DNA from: Eubacteriales bacterium
GTDB lineage: Bacteria; Bacillota; Clostridia; Oscillospirales; CAG-272
Assembly: GCA_045635225.1 (NCBI GenBank)
Contig: JAZRBV010000073.1
Span: forward strand, 13,864 to 77,863
DNA length: 64,000 nt
Direction of reading: 5' to 3'
Shown here: in pieces, positions 36,028-44,711 of the stretch
How positions within the stretch are numbered: the stretch's first letter is position 1
How the letters are laid out: the number at the start of each line of letters is the position of its first letter
Program-made: the position numbers and the translations under genes
Notes under the pieces: model-generated
Database searches by the model: none
The model's input: the letters and a program-made list of their open reading frames with translations, nothing else
Told to the model about the DNA's origin: nothing

Positions 36028-36861
36028 TTAGTACCTCTGATCAAAGGTTATCACACCGCGCTCGATCTCCTCGACCGTTCGTGCAAGTGCGTGTTCCTCG
36101 TTTGATACGGTTATGCGATCTGCGACCGCCTTTACCTCCTCCACCGCATTGCTGACCGCTATGCCGACACCCGCCGCCTCGATCATAGATACGTCGTTGT
36201 TATAGTCGCCGAGTGCCACGGTGCGCTTCATATCTATACCGAGTATACGGCTCATCTCGCGCAGAAGATTTCCCTTACTGTTGCCCTTTGGCAGTATCTC
36301 GTAGAGCAACTTCTCGGAACGTATGAAATCAAACTCCTGCGCCCTTGGATGTGCGTCGAGAAGCTCCGCTACGCGCAATATCGCCTCCTCGCGCATATCG
36401 GCAAACACTACCTTTGCTATAGGAATGTCAAAGCTTTTTATGTCAGCACCGAGATACGGCATGCCCGTCAGACGTCGGTGTAATGCCGTACCGTCGTTAT
36501 CGTATGGAAAATAGAGCTTGTCCTTACAGTTCAGTATAACGCCCATGCCATCGACCGCCTCAGCAATATCCGCGACGACCTCACGAACACTCACGGGCAG
36601 CAGATTCAGCATCAGATATTTTTCCTCGCCGTAATCGTATATTCCACCGCCGTTTATGCATCCAACCGGTGCATTAGGGCGGACCGTGTCGAATATTTTG
36701 CGTGAAAAATAGGGCATACGACCTGTTATGAATGTAAATTTTCCGCCCTCGGATTTAAAGTATTCGAGTGCGTCGAGGTTCTCATGTGAGACCGTTTTAT
36801 CGTTTTTCATCAGCGTGCCGTCGAGATCCGTGCAGATCAGTATTCCGTCAAACTTACCCAT
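36028..36861 (-). CDS. Cof-type HAD-IIB family hydrolase (sugar-phosphatase-like)
   Basis: ILICTDLDGTL is HAD motif I, with FITGR and GDYNNDVSM also present. Start at ATG 36861 (RBS aaaggag). Its stop lies 1 nt before the rSAM ATG. Confidence 0.85.
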   Translation of the reverse strand: MGKFDGILICTDLDGTLMKNDKTVSHENLDALEYFKSEGGKFTFITGRMPYFSRKIFDTVRPNAPVGCINGGGIYDYGEEKYLMLNLLPVSVREVVADIAEAVDGMGVILNCKDKLYFPYDNDGTALHRRLTGMPYLGADIKSFDIPIAKVVFADMREEAILRVAELLDAHPRAQEFDFIRSEKLLYEILPKGNSKGNLLREMSRILGIDMKRTVALGDYNNDVSMIEAAGVGIAVSNAVEEVKAVADRITVSNEEHALARTVEEIERGVITFDQRY

Positions 36862-36959
36862 AGTAGTACGCTCCTTTATCCTTTCTATCAACCATTGTAG
36901 CACAAATCCCACGGAATCGCAATACCTCAATTTTATTTTTACCATTTTATTTAGTCACC

Positions 36960-36988
36960 TTGACAATCGAGCGCGCGTGTTGTATAAT
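36960..36988 (+). promoter_or_regulatory. Consensus sigma-A promoter for the second heparinase II/III-like gene
   Basis: TTGACA (36960-36965), 17 nt, TATAAT (36983-36988). Confidence 0.65.
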
Positions 36989-37016
36989 CGTAATGAAAAT
37001 ATTTAAGGAGGCATAT

Positions 37017-38858
37017 ATGTCAAGAAGAGTATTTGAGGAGGGGCGTTTTGACCTATCGGGTCGCGTCCTCACCTACGATAGATATCGCCCGTTTATAGAT
37101 CTTGCGGGTGGATTTACTATCCCCGAGGAGCAGAAGCCGCGCATCATCGCCGAGGCTGATAAGGCGCTCGCGGAGGAGATACCGCAGTTGTCGGCTCACG
37201 AGTATATGATGTTTTCCCGCAACGGCAACCGCTCGATCTATGAGTCAAAATATTTCCCACGCCGCACGATGCTACTTACACTCGCCCTCGGCGAGTACGT
37301 TGAGAGGAAGGGAAGATATACCGATAAGATGATAGATCTCCTCTGGCTCATTCTCGAGGAGACCAGCTGGGTACTGCCGGCACATAATCCGAGCCGCGCA
37401 GGCGTCAATTGTTGCCTGCCATACGCCTATGCAGGGGACGTCGACTATATAGACCTTTTCTCCGCAACAACCGCGGCGACTCTCGCATGTGCATATTACC
37501 TTTGTCGCGAGACTATCGAGGGAGTCTCGACTATAATTACCGACCGTATTCTCTTCGAGATCGACCGCAGGATCATCAAGCCTTTTATGAATGATGACTA
37601 TATGCGTGCATGGTGGTGGACCGGCTGGAGTGCCGCAACGAACAATTGGGCACCGTGGATCGTCTCCAACGTTCTCACGGCTACTGCATTCACTGTGCGC
37701 GATCTCACCACACGCACTGCGATCCTCGAACGCACGATGCCGATACTCGATAACTTCCTATCGCGCTACCACTGTGACGGCGGATGTGACGAGGGTCCCT
37801 CATATTGGGGAGCGGCGGGCGGAGCGCTCTACTCGGCGTGCCTCGTTATGTACGATATGACGGACGGATACGTTAGCGTGTATGATGATCCGCTTATCAA
37901 AAATATGGGTGAATACGTTGTAAAAGCCATCGTAACCCCCACCCGTGTATTGAATTTCGCGGATGCCCCCTCGAAAACCTTGCCGAATCCACACCTCGTT
38001 TATCACTACGGATGCTCGGTCGGCTCGGAGTCTATGATGAGCTATGCTAAGTGGAGAATGAACGGCGAGCTTATGAGCGTCATCCCCGACTCGAACCACC
38101 CGTACAGATGGATGCGCTTCTTGACCACACCGCGACTTGAGCCTACTGATATTACAGTACCGAGGAGCTTCTACATCGGCGGTATCGAGGTTGCAGGCTT
38201 CAGAGAGTGTGACAGACTGGGCGACGGTCTCTACGTCGCCATTAAGGGAGGTAACAATGCCGAGAGCCACAATCATAACGACCTCGGTAATGTAATAGTC
38301 TTCTCGGGTACGACACCTATCTTTATCGACGCAGGCTCCGGCACGTATACGAAGCGCACCTTCAGCTCCGACAGATACACCATATGGTCTATGCGCTCGG
38401 AGTACCATAACTGCGCTACACTTAACGGTGTGAATCAGGAAAACGGCATCGTCGCACATTCGACCGACACTCGCTACGATCCGGACGGCTTGATGTCATT
38501 AGATCTCACCGCGGCATATCCTATAGCGGCAGGTCTTGATTCATATAGACGCGCCGTCTCACTCGCCGACTCCACGGTTACCGTAATAGACGATATAACC
38601 TTTAGTGAGCAGGGAACGGTCACCTTCAACTATCTCGTCAGAGTGAAGCCTGAGATCCTCTCGCAGAACAGCTTTGCGATCGATGGCAGAACAGTCACAT
38701 GCGACCCCGACCTCGACTATGCCGTCGAGCCTGTGGATTGCACCTGGCCGGAGGTCGAGACTATCCCTGCCGGCTGGGATACCGACACTCTCTACCGCAT
38801 AACCCTGACGTCACGTGCCCCCATAAAAACAAAGCACTACACACTCACCGTGCGCTGA
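37017..38858 (+). CDS. Heparinase II/III-like protein (second copy, divergent sequence)
   Basis: ESHNHNDLGNVIVF and YHNCATLNGVNQ are Hepar_II_III-type motifs. No signal peptide. Start at ATG 37017 (RBS taaggagg). Confidence 0.72.
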   Translation: MSRRVFEEGRFDLSGRVLTYDRYRPFIDLAGGFTIPEEQKPRIIAEADKALAEEIPQLSAHEYMMFSRNGNRSIYESKYFPRRTMLLTLALGEYVERKGRYTDKMIDLLWLILEETSWVLPAHNPSRAGVNCCLPYAYAGDVDYIDLFSATTAATLACAYYLCRETIEGVSTIITDRILFEIDRRIIKPFMNDDYMRAWWWTGWSAATNNWAPWIVSNVLTATAFTVRDLTTRTAILERTMPILDNFLSRYHCDGGCDEGPSYWGAAGGALYSACLVMYDMTDGYVSVYDDPLIKNMGEYVVKAIVTPTRVLNFADAPSKTLPNPHLVYHYGCSVGSESMMSYAKWRMNGELMSVIPDSNHPYRWMRFLTTPRLEPTDITVPRSFYIGGIEVAGFRECDRLGDGLYVAIKGGNNAESHNHNDLGNVIVFSGTTPIFIDAGSGTYTKRTFSSDRYTIWSMRSEYHNCATLNGVNQENGIVAHSTDTRYDPDGLMSLDLTAAYPIAAGLDSYRRAVSLADSTVTVIDDITFSEQGTVTFNYLVRVKPEILSQNSFAIDGRTVTCDPDLDYAVEPVDCTWPEVETIPAGWDTDTLYRITLTSRAPIKTKHYTLTVR

Positions 38859-38869
38859 AATTTATAAAA

Positions 38870-38911
38870 AGCCCCACCCCGTGTCACGATTTTGTTACAC
38901 GGGGTGGGGTT
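38870..38911 (+). terminator. Rho-independent terminator
   Basis: agccccaccccgtgt / acacggggtggggtt hairpin after the CDS ending at 38858. Confidence 0.7.
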
Positions 38912-39006
38912 AAGCTTGCAATTAATAATTTAAAGCCTGTGTTTGTAGCATACACCCGAGATTTTGATATGCTTCGTTTTTTGATTGATCCTGCCCGATG
39001 GCTACG

Positions 39007-40536
39007 TTAATCTAATGTGATCACTTCGTTAACCTCGAGCACGTCGCTTTGACTAACCGCAAATCCAAAAAATGCGTACTGCATGTCATCTGTACCCCAG
39101 GCGGGAATGTCGGTTCTTATTACAACATAGAGCTTGTTGTCTGAAACGTATAGGTTGTTTACCGTCAATTTTGTTGAACCGGAACCGCGAGTTATCATTC
39201 TTGTGATTATTAATGCATTCTCTTCGAAAAACGCTTCATCATATAGATCTCTTACGTTACTTATATTTTCCTTTTCGTAATCATATTCCGCGGATGCAAG
39301 CAGCTCGTCAAGATAAGCATCGTATTCATTCTTAGATCTGAAGATAGCATCTTTTCCGTTAAATATACCGATAGGCTGGCTTTCTTTATAGCTCACTGCC
39401 TTTGCATCATCGGTATAATACTCGATTCGCGGCATATAGCTTAGGCGCCAATTGCAACTCATATTGATGAACAAGCCTTCAATAAGTGCCTCGCTGTCTT
39501 TTAACTGCTGTACCTTTTGATGCATATCCTCTGTGAATTCATCTCTCTCAAAGATGATGCTGATCATCTTTATAGCATTCAGAGGAGAAACGTTCGCATT
39601 TGCAAAGAGCTTATCCATATCGTGCTTTGCAACAATATCATTGGCAGATGCGTCGGTATCCAGAATCAATATGCATTCGACATAATCTACCGAATGATAA
39701 TAATAATTATTTTCCGGATGCTCTCTGCGCAATTCGTCAAGCTCGTCCCTCAGTGACTGCTCGTAGTCAAGTACGATTTGAGCAACGTCGGGTGACTCCG
39801 TAGAAGACTCGAGCCGATATCCGCAAATATCACAGCTTGATCCTCCGCTCCGATTTTCGTGTTCGCCGTAACAGTAAACCGCTCCATCGATCGAAACGTA
39901 CCAATGATGCGTTTCGTCATATTGCCATTCGTCGGCAAGCTCTGTCATATCACATTTGCAATAATCACATATATAGTCGGTATCTTCATCATAATGCGGT
40001 GCAGTTTCTTCTTCAATATCGCATCCGCACGTAAAGACTGTATAGTGTCCCGATCTACCCATGGAGGTATATGAATAGGTGTGCTGATGCAGATGAAGAT
40101 TGCCGTGAACGGCCTTCAGCGCATCCTCGTTAAAGGCAATGATGATTTCACCGCTGACGGGGCTGAGTGCTTCAAACTGTATAGAGATTTTATCTCCTTC
40201 AATATAACCGCCGGAGCCGTTTATGGGCATTTCGTCATCTGCCGTAAATTCACCGAGCGGTTGTTTCTCGTGGATGATACCTGTATCTTTGTAGCTGATG
40301 CTTACAGCACCTTCTTCAAGGTTTACTTGATAATAGATCGTACCCTCGCCTGAAAGTGTGCGTTCCAGCGTAATAGCGATCTTACTTTCAAAATCATCGA
40401 ACGTGAAAACAGCGCAATTATCATAGTATTCTTTATCAACGCCCGATTTTTTACCGAAAGCATCCTCAAGCATATCGCAGGCGGTGAAAGTGAATGTGAG
40501 CGAGAGTAACACGAGTATTACTAACGTTCTTTTCAT
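39007..40536 (-). CDS. Hypothetical lipoprotein, low-GC gene
   Basis: MKRTLVILVLLSLTFTFTAC is a lipobox. 509 aa with a Cys/His/Asp-rich middle segment (FTCGCDIEE...YICDYCKCDM...SCDICGY). Sampled 60-nt lines have about 40-45% GC, versus about 55-58% in neighbouring genes. Confidence 0.7.
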   Translation of the reverse strand: MKRTLVILVLLSLTFTFTACDMLEDAFGKKSGVDKEYYDNCAVFTFDDFESKIAITLERTLSGEGTIYYQVNLEEGAVSISYKDTGIIHEKQPLGEFTADDEMPINGSGGYIEGDKISIQFEALSPVSGEIIIAFNEDALKAVHGNLHLHQHTYSYTSMGRSGHYTVFTCGCDIEEETAPHYDEDTDYICDYCKCDMTELADEWQYDETHHWYVSIDGAVYCYGEHENRSGGSSCDICGYRLESSTESPDVAQIVLDYEQSLRDELDELRREHPENNYYYHSVDYVECILILDTDASANDIVAKHDMDKLFANANVSPLNAIKMISIIFERDEFTEDMHQKVQQLKDSEALIEGLFINMSCNWRLSYMPRIEYYTDDAKAVSYKESQPIGIFNGKDAIFRSKNEYDAYLDELLASAEYDYEKENISNVRDLYDEAFFEENALIITRMITRGSGSTKLTVNNLYVSDNKLYVVIRTDIPAWGTDDMQYAFFGFAVSQSDVLEVNEVITLD

Positions 40537-40672
40537 ATTTATACCTCCGAAGAAATTTATATTTCTGACTTAAGTATACTATACTCACTCATTTTTGTCA
40601 ATACTGTCACCAGGTGGAGCGGTGCAAAAGCGAGAGTGCGAAAAAACTTATTTTCTTTTTCTGGAAAACCTA

Positions 40673-40701
40673 TTGACAAAGCGCCAAAAAGTTGATATAA
40701 T
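40673..40701 (+). promoter_or_regulatory. Consensus sigma-A promoter of tRNA-Ser
   Basis: TTGACA (40673-40678), 17 nt, TATAAT (40696-40701). Confidence 0.7.
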
Positions 40702-40734
40702 ACTATGGCAAGTCCTTAATTCACCGATTTGCAT

Positions 40735-40824
40735 GGAGAAGTACTCAAGTGGTGAAGAGGCGCCCCTGCTAAGGGTGTAGGTCGGGCAACCGGCGCGAAG
40801 GTTCAAATCCTTTCTTCTCCGCCA
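40735..40824 (+). tRNA. tRNA-Ser (anticodon GCU)
   Basis: GGAGAAG TA CTC AAGTGGTGAA GAG G CGCCC CTGCTAA GGGTG, a long variable arm TAGGTCGGGCAACCGGCGC, then GAAGG TTCAAAT CCTTT CTTCTCC G CCA. 90 nt. Confidence 0.92.
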
Positions 40825-40861
40825 AAAATACGGAATACCCACTCGGGTATTCCGTATTTTT
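40825..40861 (+). terminator. Perfect 17-bp hairpin terminator of tRNA-Ser
   Basis: aaaaatacggaataccc-actc-gggtattccgtattttt. Confidence 0.8.
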
Positions 40862-41121
40862 CTTTTGGTGGAGAGAAAAGAAGGATTTAACCTGAGCGCC
40901 GGAGGCGCAGATAACGCAGCGAAGCTGAGTCGGAGAGCTTGCTCTCCAGCGAGGCAAGCAAGTTGCTCCGCGAGCGTTGCGCAAGAGCGCAACAAAGCGC
41001 ACCGCGCCAAAAGCCAAGAGCTTTTGCGGCTCGCAAGGAGTAAGGTTCAAAAAAGACTACTTTTGAAAATCAAAGAATACCCACTCGGGTATTCCGTATT
41101 TTTCTTTTGGTGGAGAGAAAA
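40833..41121 (+). repeat. Direct repeat: two identical 47-nt copies (period 242 bp)
   Basis: gaatacccactcgggtattccgtatttttcttttggtggagagaaaa occurs at 40833-40879 and 41075-41121. The second copy is preceded by AAGGTTCAAA (41042-41051), identical to the tRNA-Ser T-arm at 40798-40807. Confidence 0.9.
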
Positions 41122-41130
41122 ACGGTTTCA

Positions 41131-41168
41131 TAAACCGCAAATCCGATAGAGAGGACTTGCGGTTTTTT
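41131..41168 (+). terminator. Putative terminator closing the tRNA-Ser downstream region
   Basis: aaccgcaa / ttgcggtt stem with an 18-nt loop, followed by TTTTTT. Confidence 0.5.
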
Positions 41169-41300
41169 ATTATACCTTTTCCACTTTATTCTCTTTTTGT
41201 AAATAAAATTTAAAAAAATACAAAATTCGCAACACAAACGCCGAAAACTATGTTATAATATTAAGTACCGATATTTAGGGACAAAATTTGGGGAGGCGCT

Positions 41301-42164
41301 ATGTTCGGTTACGTAAAGCCTGTTGCGGCTGAGCTGCTTGTTAAGGAATACGATTTTTACCGCTCGGTTTATTGCGGAATCTGCCGCTCTATGAAGAAGC
41401 ATACAGGCGTGCTCTCTAACGTTACCTTGAGCTACGACAGCGTATTTCTTGCCCTTGTGCGAATGCTCTACGTCGATGACTCCGATATTGCGGTGGATAA
41501 GCGCCGCTGTATTGCTCACCCGATGAAGAGGCGTCCGATGCTCCGCGAGAATGCCGCTATCGAATACACCGCGCGTGCGTTTGCCATTCTCACCTACTAT
41601 AAGCTTCGCGACGACATCGCCGACGAAAAGCTCTATAAGCGCGCCGCCGTCTCACTTGCTAAGCCTGTGATGAGGAGTGCCGATATAAAGGCTGATCTCC
41701 CAGAGCTCTCGGGATTTATCGAGGAAAAGCTTGATGCCATAACTGCTCTCGAGAGAGAAGGGTGCGCGAGCGTTGACGAGCCCGCCTCGCTTTTTGGAGA
41801 ACTTTTGGGAAGAGTATTCTCGTGCGGATTTGACGGAGACGATGCACTCGTCCTCGATAGATGCGGATATCATCTCGGCAGATTTATCTATGCTGCCGAT
41901 GCCGCAGAGGACTATGATAAAGATGTGGCTTCCGGTGCGTATAATCCATACGCCGTCTACTACGGCATGAAGCCTCTGACGGTCGAGAACCGCGAGAGCA
42001 TCAAGTGTGCATTGCTTCTCGAATGTAAAAAGCTCGAGAGTGCAGTTAACCTTCTCCCGTTCGGTAACCGCGCCACCATTGAGAATATAATCAACAACGT
42101 GATCTACCTCGGTCTGCCGAAGAGGATAGAGTTTTTAGACAACGGCAGTGATAAAAAGGAGTAA
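41301..42164 (+). CDS. Conserved hypothetical protein (DUF5685-like, from memory)
   Basis: [34 protein letters not shown] is the N-terminal signature. RBS ggggagg. 287 aa. Confidence 0.65.
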   Translation: MFGYVKPVAAELLVKEYDFYRSVYCGICRSMKKHTGVLSNVTLSYDSVFLALVRMLYVDDSDIAVDKRRCIAHPMKRRPMLRENAAIEYTARAFAILTYYKLRDDIADEKLYKRAAVSLAKPVMRSADIKADLPELSGFIEEKLDAITALEREGCASVDEPASLFGELLGRVFSCGFDGDDALVLDRCGYHLGRFIYAADAAEDYDKDVASGAYNPYAVYYGMKPLTVENRESIKCALLLECKKLESAVNLLPFGNRATIENIINNVIYLGLPKRIEFLDNGSDKKE

Positions 42165-42169
42165 TTAAT

Positions 42170-42802
42170 TTGAAGGATCCCTATTCCGTCCTCGGTGTAT
42201 CGAGCACCGCGACCGATGAAGAAATAAAGAACGCATATCGCAACCTTGCGAGAAAGTATCACCCCGACAATTACGGCGACGACAATCCCTTGAAGGATCT
42301 GGCAAACGAGAAGATGCAGGAGATCAACGCCGCCTATGAGGAGATACAGAAGCGCCGCTCGAAGAAGAGCAGGGGAGGATACACTCCCGGCACGGGTAGC
42401 GGTAGCACCTCGGGCATCTACTACGAGACGAGGCTTGCGCTGAATAACCGTCGCTTCAACGAGGCGGCTCGCCTTCTCGCAGGCGTACCGTCCGAGGAAA
42501 GAAACGCAGAGTGGCACTATCTCAACAGCGTCATCCTTATGCACAGAGGATATGCAAACGACGCTATGCGCGAGCTCGAGTTGGCTTGCACGATGGATCC
42601 CGGTAACTACGAATATCAGAAGGCAAAGGAAATGTTCAATACCACCGCCCGCGGCTACGGCAGCACCTATTACGGTAGCACGGGTACAGGCTATCAGCGC
42701 CGCACGACCACGGATGACGATGTCTGCAACTGCTGTGCTAACCTCATATGTCTTGACTGCCTTTGTGAGTGCCTTGGCGGCGATATGATCCCCTGCGTAT
42801 AA
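42170..42802 (+). CDS. J-domain protein with Cys-rich C-terminal tail
   Basis: [33 protein letters not shown] is a J domain with HPD. The tail [24 protein letters not shown] has 8 Cys. TTG start lies 7 nt after aaaaaggag. Confidence 0.8.
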   Translation: MKDPYSVLGVSSTATDEEIKNAYRNLARKYHPDNYGDDNPLKDLANEKMQEINAAYEEIQKRRSKKSRGGYTPGTGSGSTSGIYYETRLALNNRRFNEAARLLAGVPSEERNAEWHYLNSVILMHRGYANDAMRELELACTMDPGNYEYQKAKEMFNTTARGYGSTYYGSTGTGYQRRTTTDDDVCNCCANLICLDCLCECLGGDMIPCV

Positions 42803-42805
42803 GCT

Positions 42806-43330
42806 ATGAAGGATACGAAAAAGCTTGCAATATCCGCGATGACGGTAGCACTCGGCGTGGCTATAATGTCGCTCGGCGCACTGGTTGAGGCGCTCGACTT
42901 ATCGGTCTGTATGCTTGCCTCGCTCCTCATCGTAGTGATATATATCGAGATGGGCTCACCTCACGTCTGGCTCATCTGGCTTGCAACGTCTCTTGCCGCG
43001 TGGCTCGTTTTCCCGGGTAGCGTTATATGGCTCGAATATCTGTTTATATTCGGCGTATACCCCATCCTGAAGGCGTATATTGAGCGACTGCCGCGCCGTG
43101 CGTGGCTGCCTGTAAAGCTCGCGTTTATAAACGCTGTAGCATGGCTTTTGATCTTCCTTGTCGACCTTGTTTTAGGCTTCGATTTTTTTGGCACGGATAT
43201 CCTTGTGATGAAGATCATGATCTACGTTCTCGTCAACGTAGCCTTTCTCGCATACGATAAGCTGATCGAGCTTTTTGCACGCCTATACGTTGGAAAATAC
43301 AGAAAGCGATTTGAACGCTTTTTTAAGTAA
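42806..43330 (+). CDS. Small polytopic membrane protein
   Basis: 174 aa with 5 hydrophobic helices. It starts 3 nt after the J-protein stop. The RBS is weak. Confidence 0.6.
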   Translation: MKDTKKLAISAMTVALGVAIMSLGALVEALDLSVCMLASLLIVVIYIEMGSPHVWLIWLATSLAAWLVFPGSVIWLEYLFIFGVYPILKAYIERLPRRAWLPVKLAFINAVAWLLIFLVDLVLGFDFFGTDILVMKIMIYVLVNVAFLAYDKLIELFARLYVGKYRKRFERFFK

Positions 43331-43362
43331 AAGACATAAAATGTAAAGTATGGTATACAAAA

Positions 43363-44688
43363 ATGACTAAAATAGGATTTATATCCCTTGGATGCTCTAA
43401 AAATTTAGTTGATACCGAGGTGATGCTTCACAAGCTTCACACTGCGGGCTACGAGATCACTCCAAACGAGGAGGAGGCTGAGATCATCGTCATCAACACC
43501 TGCGGCTTTATCGAGAGTGCAAAGCAGGAGTCGATAGACTCGGTGCTCGACGCCGCAAGCCTCAAGGAGTGGGGAAAGTGCCGCCACATCATCGCGACGG
43601 GTTGCCTCGTAGAGCGTTACCGTAACGAGGTTATGGATGAGCTTCCCGAGATAGACGCTCTCGTCGGCGTTGGCAGCCTCGACGATATTGTCAAGGCGTG
43701 CGATGCGGTAATGCGTGGCGAAAAGTTCACCTCCTTTAAGGATAAGGAGACCTCTCCTCTCGGCGGCGACAGAATAATTACTACCGAGCCTCACACGGCG
43801 TATCTAAAGATAGCGGAGGGATGTGACAACCGTTGCACCTACTGCGCAATTCCCCTTATTCGCGGCAAGCTTCGCTCCCGTCCTATAGAGGATATCGTCC
43901 TCGAGGCACAGGACCTTGAGCGTATGGGTGTTAAGGAGATCAACCTCATAGCGCAGGATACCACTCGCTACGGACTCGATCTCTATGGAGAATATAGCCT
44001 TGCGCGACTAGTACGTGCCTTGACAGAGCAGACCTCGATCCCGTGGATCCGTCTTCTCTATTGCTATCCCGACAAGATCACCGACGAGCTTATTACCGAG
44101 CTCCGAGATAACCCGCGCTTACTTAAATATATGGACATTCCGATCCAGCACATATCCGATAGCGTGCTATCACGCATGAATCGCCACGGTAGCGGAGCAC
44201 TTATCCGCGAGACGGTAGCGAAGCTTCGCCGTGAGGTACCGGGTATCATTCTTCGTACCACCGCTATGGTAGGCTTCCCGGGTGAGACAGATGCCGACTT
44301 TACCGAGCTTTGCGAGTTTGTAAAGGAAGCGCGCTTTGATCGCTTCGGTGCCTTTACCTTTTCCCCCGAGGAGGGAACCGTTGCTGCCACTCTCGACGGC
44401 GAGGTCGACGAGCAGCTGAAGCAGGACCGATACGACGTCCTGATGCAGACTCAGCTTACCGTAGCCGAGGAGAATAGCCAAAAAAACGTCGGCAAAACGT
44501 TGAAGGTACTCGTTGACGGCTATGACACCGTAGCAGAGGTTTATTACGCCAGGTCCTATGCCGACGCGCCTGACGTTGACGGCAAGGTGTACTTCAAATC
44601 CCCCAGAAAAATTAACACGGGTGCCTTCGTAGAGGTTAAGATCACCGAGGCACTTGACTACGACCTCGTCGGAGAGGTTGTCCTCTGA
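43363..44688 (+). CDS. rimO: Ribosomal protein S12 methylthiotransferase
   Basis: IGFISLGCSKNLVDTE, INTCGFI, the radical SAM cluster CDNRCTYC and a C-terminal TRAM domain. 441 aa. Confidence 0.9.
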   Translation: MTKIGFISLGCSKNLVDTEVMLHKLHTAGYEITPNEEEAEIIVINTCGFIESAKQESIDSVLDAASLKEWGKCRHIIATGCLVERYRNEVMDELPEIDALVGVGSLDDIVKACDAVMRGEKFTSFKDKETSPLGGDRIITTEPHTAYLKIAEGCDNRCTYCAIPLIRGKLRSRPIEDIVLEAQDLERMGVKEINLIAQDTTRYGLDLYGEYSLARLVRALTEQTSIPWIRLLYCYPDKITDELITELRDNPRLLKYMDIPIQHISDSVLSRMNRHGSGALIRETVAKLRREVPGIILRTTAMVGFPGETDADFTELCEFVKEARFDRFGAFTFSPEEGTVAATLDGEVDEQLKQDRYDVLMQTQLTVAEENSQKNVGKTLKVLVDGYDTVAEVYYARSYADAPDVDGKVYFKSPRKINTGAFVEVKITEALDYDLVGEVVL

Positions 44689-44711
44689 TCAATGAAAGGA
44701 AATGTAGAAAA

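Noticed and set aside
34647-36861. Search for a SCIFF-like or other short Cys-rich precursor peptide ORF beside the radical SAM/SPASM gene.
   Set aside because: No short ORF with an RBS is present in the tiny intergenic gaps (1 nt, an overlap, and 63 nt) or upstream of the HAD gene. The only nearby Cys-rich sequence is the tail of the downstream membrane protein.
40648-41149. ORFs 40648-41010(-), 40769-41050(-) and 40865-41149(+) across the tRNA-Ser locus.
   Set aside because: They run through a bona fide tRNA gene, its terminator and repeat scars. The translations are Ala/Arg/Ser-rich, as expected from GC-rich hairpin DNA.
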